Below are positions 8,217 to 14,499 of a stretch of 14,499 nucleotides of DNA, one piece after another. Source of the stretch: Candidatus Nanohaloarchaea archaeon (lineage in GTDB: Archaea > Nanohalarchaeota > Nanosalinia > Nanosalinales > Nanosalinaceae); the NCBI GenBank assembly GCA_046539225.1, contig JBKHHG010000018.1, positions 1-14,499 on the forward strand. Direction: 5' to 3'. The notes beneath the pieces are model-generated. The model was not told the origin of the DNA, did no database searches, and worked only from the letters and a program-made list of their open reading frames with translations. The first letter of the stretch is position 1. The number at the start of each line of letters is the position of its first letter. The translations under genes and the position numbers were made by a program.

Positions 8217-8953
8217 ATTTTTCGCGTAGAGATACTCACTCGGCTGAGTCCATGAATGAAGATATTGATAACGGTGTCTGGCCTGATCACACGACTCAGG
8301 TTAACCGTTACGATAACTTTGTTGGAGCGTTGTATGGGAGAGCGGATTTTGATGAAAGCGGTGAACTCGATATACTTGATGTCGGTAGTTCGACGGGCGA
8401 GGCCTCGCGGTACTTTGCCGATCAGATCGAGTCAGAGTACGGTGTAGAGACCAATGTCATTGGGGCAGATGTTGGTGAGAAAGCCGCGAATAAAGCAGGA
8501 ACTCAGCTTGACGCAGCTGTTCAGGCGGATGCAAGAAATCTTCCTTTCGAAGATGATTCCTTTGATATTGTAACCTGTAAGACTCTGCTATCAAGGATTA
8601 GGCCTGAAGATCAGGCCGAGGCGCTAAGTGAGATTGAAAGGGTTGCTTCCGATGAGGCCTATGTGGCTGTTGAAGTTGACCCTGGTATGGATGATAGGCC
8701 TGTTACTGGTGAAAACTATGTTTTGCGGGGGGATGAGTTAAGCGATATCAAAGAGTCAACTGAAGGCTTTGAAAAGTTGCTTGAAGACGAGTTAGAGGGC
8801 TATGAGACCAGACGGTTTTTCCAGAGCTCGGAGGAGCCTGTTGATGCAGAGGTTTACAATGAAGGAGACTTCCTCGGGGCCACGATGCATCAAGCCGATA
8901 AGTATAAGGAAGAAGAGGAGGCAGGCGGCGAAGAAAACATGATAATCGCCTGA
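8213..8953 (+). CDS. Class I SAM-dependent methyltransferase (Methyltransf_11/25-like); start at 8213 (TTG) or 8252 (ATG)
   Basis: ILDVGSSTG (motif I variant), VIGAD, ADARNLPFEDDSFDIVTC, ALSEIERV, followed by an acidic tail. Confidence 0.85.
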   Translation: MNFSRRDTHSAESMNEDIDNGVWPDHTTQVNRYDNFVGALYGRADFDESGELDILDVGSSTGEASRYFADQIESEYGVETNVIGADVGEKAANKAGTQLDAAVQADARNLPFEDDSFDIVTCKTLLSRIRPEDQAEALSEIERVASDEAYVAVEVDPGMDDRPVTGENYVLRGDELSDIKESTEGFEKLLEDELEGYETRRFFQSSEEPVDAEVYNEGDFLGATMHQADKYKEEEEAGGEENMIIA

Positions 8954-11041
8954 CTACCTGACTTCGCTTCCTTTCTCTATTTCTTCTTCAAGGCCTAAAA
9001 GCTCTACGTTTCCTTCTTTGTCTTCCGCGGCGAGCATCATGCATTCGCTTTTTTCTCCTCTCAGTTCTGTGGGTTCAAGGTTGACAAGGACTATGACCTG
9101 TCGGCCTTCCAGTTCTTCTTCTGTGTAGTGGTTTCTGAGGCCTGCGCAGGTCTGAAGTTTTTGATCTCCGACATCGAGCTGTACTTTGTAGAGTCTGTCG
9201 GCGTTGGAGTGTTCTTCGACTTTCAGTACTTCTCCGACCCTTAGATCCATTTCCTGGAAATCTTCGAAGCTTACAAGGCCTTCCATCGAGTCTTCTGTGT
9301 CGGAGGCTTCAAAGCCCTGGCTCTCTTCATTTTCCTGTTTTTGGGGCCTGTCTTTTTCTGTATCGATTTTTTGGAACAGGATTTCTTTCTCACCGAGTCT
9401 ATGTCCTGGTTCCAGGTTTCCGAGCAGAGGCTCGACGAGCTCGTCGATACCTTCTTCTGTGTGTATATCGGTGTTCAGCATGTCCGCGATCTTCTGTGAG
9501 GCATCCGGTGTGTACGGATAAAGAAGTACTCCGATGGCCCTGATAAGGTGTAGAGCTACGTGTATGGTCTCTTCTCTTCTTTCTTTGTTGTTCCAGGGTT
9601 CTTCCTCGCTGAGGTACTGGTCGCCGGTCCTTGCGATCTCGACGGCTTTCTCAACCCCGGTTTTCAGGTCGTGGCCTTCGAAGGCCTCTATGTATTCATC
9701 TACCTTGTTCAAGGCCTCTTTTTCTACTTCCCTGTCTTTCTGCGTCAGCTCTGCTCCCGGCACCTTGTTTTCGAACCACTGTTCTGAAAGTGAGAGGGTC
9801 CGGTTGACGAAGTTTCCGACCGTATCATTCAGTACGTTGTTGATCTCTGATTCAAAGTCTTCCAATGAAAAGGTCGAGTCGTGGTGCTGCGGCAGGTTTT
9901 TCGCGAGATAGAATCTCCAGTAATCGCTGGGGTATAGATCCAATGCGTCCTCGGTTGAAAGGCCTTTTCCACGGCTCTTGGAGAACTTTGTGTCTTCAGC
10001 GAGCAGGAACTGCTGGATGAACTCGTAATGCGGAAGGCTGTACTCCTCGTCTTCAGTGGTTGCGCCCATCAACATGCTTGGCCAGATCACTGTGTGGAAT
10101 ATGGTATTGTCTTTCCCGATCGAGTAGTATACCTCGCTCCGGTCGTTCATCCAGTAATCCTTCCACTCCTCTTCATCGTTGAAGAGTTCGCGTGTAAACC
10201 CTATGTATCCTATAGGTGCGTCGAACCAGACGTACAGTACCTTGTCCCCGTAGATCTCTCCATCCAGTCTCTCCACATCGAGGCCTTCCTCCTCGATTTT
10301 TTCATTTACTTTTTCTACCGGGATGTCAAATCCCCAGTCGATATCCCTGGTGATGCATCTTGCCTCGGTATCTTCGATAGAGTTCTTGACTTCTTCAAGC
10401 TTGTTTTCCGGGATCGGGGCCTCTCCGCTCTCCAGCCATTCCAGAAGCTTGTCTTTGAACCTGGGAAGATCGAGGAAAAGATGTTTTGTCTCCCGGAACT
10501 CTATGTCTTCGCTGCCGGAGATCGTGGAGTAAGGATTGATAAGTTCTTCAGGTTCGAGCAGGGCGCCGCATTCGTCGCACTGGTCGCCCCGTGCAAGGCC
10601 TCCGCATTCAGGGCAGTCGCCTTCAATGTATCTATCCGGCAAGAATCTTCCGTCTTCCTCGGAGTAAGGCAGGGTCTGCTCTTTTTCCTGAATATAACCG
10701 TTTGTGTACAGCTCTACAAACATGTCGTGGGTCTGCCTTCGGTTAAAATCGCTGTGAGTATCTGAATAAATCGAGAAATCCATGTCGAAATCGTTCAGCA
10801 CAGACCTGACTTTTTCATGGTTCTGCTGCTTCAGTTCTTCTACTGGAGTATCCTTCTTCAAGGCCTCGAGTTCAAGCGGGGTTCCATGGACGTCGCTCCC
10901 GCATACGAAGATGTTGTCGTTTCCTCTCAGGTCCTGGTACCGGTGGAAAATATCGGCGGGTAAGAGACTGCCTACAATGTTTCCAAGATGCGGTACTCCG
11001 TGGATGTATGGAAGTGCTGAAGTAATTGTTTTCCGTGTCAT
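8954..11041 (-). CDS. metG: Methionine--tRNA ligase with C-terminal tRNA-binding (Trbp111-like OB-fold) domain
   Basis: ALPY..HLGN, GSDVHG, CPECG..GDQCDECG, YVWFDAPIGY, GKDN, KFSKS; C-terminal SFEDFQEMDLRVG..H.NADRL..NLEP..LRG..SECMMLAA. Confidence 0.97.
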   Translation of the reverse strand: MTRKTITSALPYIHGVPHLGNIVGSLLPADIFHRYQDLRGNDNIFVCGSDVHGTPLELEALKKDTPVEELKQQNHEKVRSVLNDFDMDFSIYSDTHSDFNRRQTHDMFVELYTNGYIQEKEQTLPYSEEDGRFLPDRYIEGDCPECGGLARGDQCDECGALLEPEELINPYSTISGSEDIEFRETKHLFLDLPRFKDKLLEWLESGEAPIPENKLEEVKNSIEDTEARCITRDIDWGFDIPVEKVNEKIEEEGLDVERLDGEIYGDKVLYVWFDAPIGYIGFTRELFNDEEEWKDYWMNDRSEVYYSIGKDNTIFHTVIWPSMLMGATTEDEEYSLPHYEFIQQFLLAEDTKFSKSRGKGLSTEDALDLYPSDYWRFYLAKNLPQHHDSTFSLEDFESEINNVLNDTVGNFVNRTLSLSEQWFENKVPGAELTQKDREVEKEALNKVDEYIEAFEGHDLKTGVEKAVEIARTGDQYLSEEEPWNNKERREETIHVALHLIRAIGVLLYPYTPDASQKIADMLNTDIHTEEGIDELVEPLLGNLEPGHRLGEKEILFQKIDTEKDRPQKQENEESQGFEASDTEDSMEGLVSFEDFQEMDLRVGEVLKVEEHSNADRLYKVQLDVGDQKLQTCAGLRNHYTEEELEGRQVIVLVNLEPTELRGEKSECMMLAAEDKEGNVELLGLEEEIEKGSEVR

Positions 11042-11065
11042 AACTCAGGTTTAGGCCTTGAATTC

Positions 11066-11100
11066 TTATTAGTTTCAAGTCTGGCGCTGTTGCTTTTTTA
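11066..11100. promoter_or_regulatory. Divergent TATA-like boxes for metG (TAATAA, 11066-11071, -) and the vWA gene (TTTTTTA, 11094-11100, +)
   Basis: Each lies at about -30..-25 from its ATG (11041 and 11125). Confidence 0.5.
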
Positions 11101-11124
11101 TTCCAGAGAGTCTAACTGGTGTTT

Positions 11125-13542
11125 ATGTTAAGGGCCTTTCTGCTGGGGGTTTTCCTCGTTTTCGTCCTGTCGCCGGCAGCCGCCCAGAGCGCGGATATTA
11201 TAGATTCGAGTATAGAGGATAGGAAAGGCGGCCAGGATGGTTTCGTACTTGGAAGGCCTGCTAAATCTACTTTTGAATACCGTATAAATGACCCCTATCA
11301 GCCTATTGACACGGCCCTGGCTATAGATGAGTCTGGGAGTATGGGCGGGGTTATGGACGACGCCAAGAATGGGGCCAAGAACTATGTTGAGAATACCAGG
11401 ACATCTGACGGGGATGAAAACGCAGTTATCTCGTTTGAGGACAGTGCTTATACAAGACAGTCTTTGACTACAGATAAGGATAAGGCTAAAGATGCTATAG
11501 ATAGTATCAGTGATGACGGCAGTACTGACTTGCCTGCAGGCGTTGAAAAGGCCCATGACGAACTTAAGAACGGTGATAATGATATACAGGTTATGATCGT
11601 GCTGGCGGACGGCGGGGGAGGGGACCCCGGCACTGAAGCGGATGCTGCGCGAAGTGATGGTATTGAAGTCCATGGAATAATGTATGGCAGCGGGGCGAGC
11701 ACGAGCGAGTTTGAGAGTATGACGGATTCCGACGACTGTACCACTGATTCCAGCGAGAATAACGACGATGATACCTGCTGGTACGCCGAATCAGGCACGA
11801 TCGATGAAGTTTATAATGCTATTCAGGAAGAGGTTGAAGAAGAAACAGATGTTGATCTCAGGCTGAGACTAAGAGATATGGCGTACACAGATGACAGCTA
11901 TGATAGTTACAGTGATCTTGGAGGCCCCAATGAGGAATACGTTAGAAGCTTTCAGGATGTTGAGGCGGGGGAAAAGACCGGATCGATTGAATGGTATCCA
12001 ACAGACTTCGGCAACTTTGATCTATTGACAGGAGATTCAATTTTGGAGGTTACGACCGATGACGGTACATCCCAGTATGATTTCAGCAACTCATTCAATA
12101 CAGATGTAGGATACGTGGATTTCGAATTAACTGATTTTACAGTAGAAAGGGATGATTCCCAGGTCAGGGCTGAGGCCGAAGTCACGAACACCGGAGACGT
12201 TGATTCTCTGGGCACTTCCGAAGCCTCCAGCACAAGAGAGCTCTGGTTGAAAGATTCATCCAGTCATGTATCGGCAGATATTCCTGAGGTACCGGCTGGA
12301 GATTCAAAGAACATCAGCTTGAATGTAGGCAACTCTAACAGCTTGGTCGACGGGAACGGTATCGAGGAACTATACCTGCATGCTGATCCAACAGGTTACT
12401 GGGACTCTGTAGACAGCTCAAGCATCGCTGTAGGGGGAGGCGAAGGAGAAGTCTTGGAGCCTAACGAGGATGATAACGAGGCCTCAGTCGGATATCCTCC
12501 AAGAGTTAATGCCCTGAACTTCGATGATATTTCGGGGCAGCACGCCTTCAGTATCGAGGCCTCTGTCGATATGCTGACTGATGGAAGCGACTTCGGAGAA
12601 TGCAGACTGAAGTTCACGAACCTGGAGAACGGCGAAGAGTTCCCGAGTAATGGACGGGTTCAGGGAAGTTTAACTGAGGAGGATTCGGATACCGCAACCT
12701 GTAGATACGATAACTTTAATTCCTCTGTCACAGGATTCGAACCGACTGATAACGTGGAGGTAAATATTACGGCAGAGAACAGGCAGGGAGGAACCGGCTG
12801 GAACGCCGATAACCATAGGATTCCGAATGAGCCGCCTGAAATCGTGAGAATGGAGCCCAGAAACGATGAACCTATACTGGATAGAGATGTTGAGCTCCTT
12901 ATCGAGGTAGACGATCCTGAAGGAGATGATATTGAACACGTGAGGTTCAACGACTCTGTTGAAAACGAGATTATTGAAGATAGGCCTAATCCGCCCCAGC
13001 AAAACACTTTTATCGTAGAATGGGAAGACCTGGATCTCGGAGAATATGAATGGGAAGCATTCGTAAAGGACAAATGGGGCTCCAGCGAACGTACTGCCTC
13101 TTTTGAAAGAGTTGTATCCCGGATATACAGGACCCAGAGCCGTATCGAACATGAGTACAGCTCCCTGATAATAGATGAAGGCGGTCAGGGAAGCTTCTTC
13201 TTTGAGGCGGATGTGGACACAGACAATAGAACAGTAACCACTTACCTTGAATCCAGTGATCTTGACGCAGAGTTCGTGGACTCAGGCCTCAGCCAGGAGA
13301 CATATGAAGTTGACACCGGCGACCCCGACAGGTTCCAGATCCAGGTATCAGGAGATAACCCTGGTAAACACGAGCTGAAGATAATTACAGAAGACGACAC
13401 GGTAGATACAAACACGACCGAAACTTTCCCGGTTTACGTCAGAAGCGCGGAGGCAGAAGGCAGAGAAGTTCCAGGCCTTTCACAGGCCTATATTCTTGCA
13501 GCAGCTTTCCTCAGTTCTGTTCTCTATTTTGCTTTACTCTGA
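11125..13542 (+). CDS. Secreted, C-terminally anchored vWA-domain surface protein with CARDB/Ig-like domains
   Basis: Signal peptide MLRAFLLGVFLVFVLSPAAA; MIDAS DESGS...T...LADG; CARDB-like VTNTGD..ADP..EPNEDDN; Ig-like NEPPEI..DDPEGD..YEW; C-terminal VPGL plus hydrophobic helix. Confidence 0.88.
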   Translation: MLRAFLLGVFLVFVLSPAAAQSADIIDSSIEDRKGGQDGFVLGRPAKSTFEYRINDPYQPIDTALAIDESGSMGGVMDDAKNGAKNYVENTRTSDGDENAVISFEDSAYTRQSLTTDKDKAKDAIDSISDDGSTDLPAGVEKAHDELKNGDNDIQVMIVLADGGGGDPGTEADAARSDGIEVHGIMYGSGASTSEFESMTDSDDCTTDSSENNDDDTCWYAESGTIDEVYNAIQEEVEEETDVDLRLRLRDMAYTDDSYDSYSDLGGPNEEYVRSFQDVEAGEKTGSIEWYPTDFGNFDLLTGDSILEVTTDDGTSQYDFSNSFNTDVGYVDFELTDFTVERDDSQVRAEAEVTNTGDVDSLGTSEASSTRELWLKDSSSHVSADIPEVPAGDSKNISLNVGNSNSLVDGNGIEELYLHADPTGYWDSVDSSSIAVGGGEGEVLEPNEDDNEASVGYPPRVNALNFDDISGQHAFSIEASVDMLTDGSDFGECRLKFTNLENGEEFPSNGRVQGSLTEEDSDTATCRYDNFNSSVTGFEPTDNVEVNITAENRQGGTGWNADNHRIPNEPPEIVRMEPRNDEPILDRDVELLIEVDDPEGDDIEHVRFNDSVENEIIEDRPNPPQQNTFIVEWEDLDLGEYEWEAFVKDKWGSSERTASFERVVSRIYRTQSRIEHEYSSLIIDEGGQGSFFFEADVDTDNRTVTTYLESSDLDAEFVDSGLSQETYEVDTGDPDRFQIQVSGDNPGKHELKIITEDDTVDTNTTETFPVYVRSAEAEGREVPGLSQAYILAAAFLSSVLYFALL

Positions 13543-13702
13543 CTATGTAACCCGCAACCCTGTTCCTGAGCCTCTTCGACTTGAACTCCTCGGTATCGCT
13601 CAAGATATCCTTGTTCTCATCGAAATCCTCGGAGAACTCTTTATCAGAGTCAACGAGATCCTTCGCCAGCCTCTTAATATAGGTCTGTCTAACTCTTCCC
13701 AT
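13511..13702 (-). CDS. rps17e: 30S ribosomal protein S17e
   Basis: MGRVRQTYIKR...FSEDFDENK...SKRLRNRVAGYI is the S17e signature. Confidence 0.96.
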   Translation of the reverse strand: MGRVRQTYIKRLAKDLVDSDKEFSEDFDENKDILSDTEEFKSKRLRNRVAGYIVRVKQNREQN

Positions 13703-13726
13703 ACCAGAAATACAGGCCTAAACCTT

Positions 13727-13732
13727 CTTAAA
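13727..13732 (-). promoter_or_regulatory. TATA box (TTTAAG) for rps17e
   Basis: At -30..-25 from the rps17e ATG, with a purine-rich stretch upstream. Confidence 0.6.
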
Positions 13733-13784
13733 CCCTCTTTCCAATCCCAAAGACAGAAAAACATCTGAGGCCTAAAACCCTTTC

Positions 13785-14499
13785 ATGACCAAAGAACTTT
13801 ACCTTCCCGGCAACGAGTACCTGAAAGAATTTGACTCAAAAGTTTCAAAAGTGAAGGAGGTGGACGGCTACATCGTTTTGGAGGAAACCCTGTTTTATCC
13901 TGAGTGCGGTGGGCAGCCTGCGGACCGTGGAAAGATTTCCTGGAGGGGGAGAGAACTTGAAGTAGTGGATGTTCAGAAAGAGGGCGGTGAAATCCGGCAC
14001 TTCCTGAGAGGAGAACTTCCCGAAAAGGGAGAGAAGGTTCACGGCGTGGTTGACTGGGAGCGCCGCTACAAGCATATGAGGATGCACACCGCTCAACATG
14101 TCCTGTCCTGGGTCGTTCTGAACATGTACGACGCCTCGACCGCAGGAAACCAGATCCATGAGGATTACTCACGGATTGATTTCGAGCCCGCTGATTTCGA
14201 TGAAAAAGATGTGGAGAGGATTGAGAACGGTGTGAACTCGTTGATAGAGAAAAAGTTAGGGGTGGAGAAGAAAGAAGTTCCGAGAGAAGAGCTTGAGGAA
14301 AAAGTCCAGGAAGGCCGAACCAACCTCGATATAATCCCCGACAACATCGACCCGCTCAGAGTAGTCATCATCGGAGACGAAGATTTGTGTCCATGTGGAG
14401 GAACCCACGTAGATAACCTCAAAGAAATCGGAAAAATCAACATCACCGACAGAAAATCCAAAGGCGCAAACGTAGAAAGACTGGAATTCGAGCTGGAGG
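13785..14499 (+). CDS. alaX: Alanyl-tRNA editing protein AlaX (AlaX-M type); runs off the window near its end
   Basis: Not in the ORF track. Manual translation MTKELYLPGNEYLKEFDS...TLFYPECGGQPADRG...RMHTAQH...CPCGGTH...KGANVERLEFELE contains the HxxxH and CxxxH Zn motifs. Confidence 0.93.
   Translation, partial: MTKELYLPGNEYLKEFDSKVSKVKEVDGYIVLEETLFYPECGGQPADRGKISWRGRELEVVDVQKEGGEIRHFLRGELPEKGEKVHGVVDWERRYKHMRMHTAQHVLSWVVLNMYDASTAGNQIHEDYSRIDFEPADFDEKDVERIENGVNSLIEKKLGVEKKEVPREELEEKVQEGRTNLDIIPDNIDPLRVVIIGDEDLCPCGGTHVDNLKEIGKINITDRKSKGANVERLEFELE

Larger units (their letters stand above)
339..13773. repeat. Dispersed highly iterated palindrome AGGCCT (59 copies counted)
   Basis: Direct manual count; examples at 339, 707, 1182, 1700, 4188, 5698, 5721, 6467, 7696, 11053, 13714 and 13768. 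Confidence 0.95.

Noticed and set aside
8213..8953. Methyltransferase as the enzyme marking AGGCCT
   Set aside because: No PC/ENV (m5C) or DPPY/SPPY/NPPY (amino-MTase) catalytic motifs; it resembles small-molecule methyltransferases.
11260..12478. 1.2-kb AGGCCT-free stretch over the vWA domain as evidence of a swapped module
   Set aside because: With about 59 intervals averaging about 245 bp, one gap of this size is not clearly beyond chance.
339..13773. AGGCCT copies as a CRISPR array, tandem repeat or ligation artefact
   Set aside because: Spacing is irregular, there is no longer repeat unit, and conserved genes read intact through the sites.
125..14461. Numerous Ser/Phe/Leu-rich ORFs antisense to or nested in the main genes
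   Set aside because: These are the expected shadows of Glu/Lys-rich coding strands and have no independent support.

Overview
Gene-dense archaeal chromosome segment encoding strongly acidic (E/D-rich) proteins. It has tiny or overlapping intergenic gaps and TATA boxes about 25-30 nt upstream of start codons, consistent with leaderless transcripts. By inference it best fits a nanohaloarchaeon (DPANN, Nanohaloarchaeota). Genes in order: sufD (partial), sufB, aRF1, valS, a C-terminally truncated metallophosphoesterase, an MBL-fold hydrolase, a block of small orphan ORFs plus a class I SAM methyltransferase, metG, a secreted vWA/Ig-like surface protein with a VPGL+TM tail, rps17e and alaX (partial). 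No rRNA, tRNA, CRISPR or mobile element was found. The strongest unexplained signal is non-genic: the palindrome AGGCCT occurs 59 times by manual count (about 3.5 expected), in all reading frames and in intergenic DNA, like cyanobacterial HIP1. Three copies lie exactly 11 nt upstream of the ATG of metG, rps17e and alaX.
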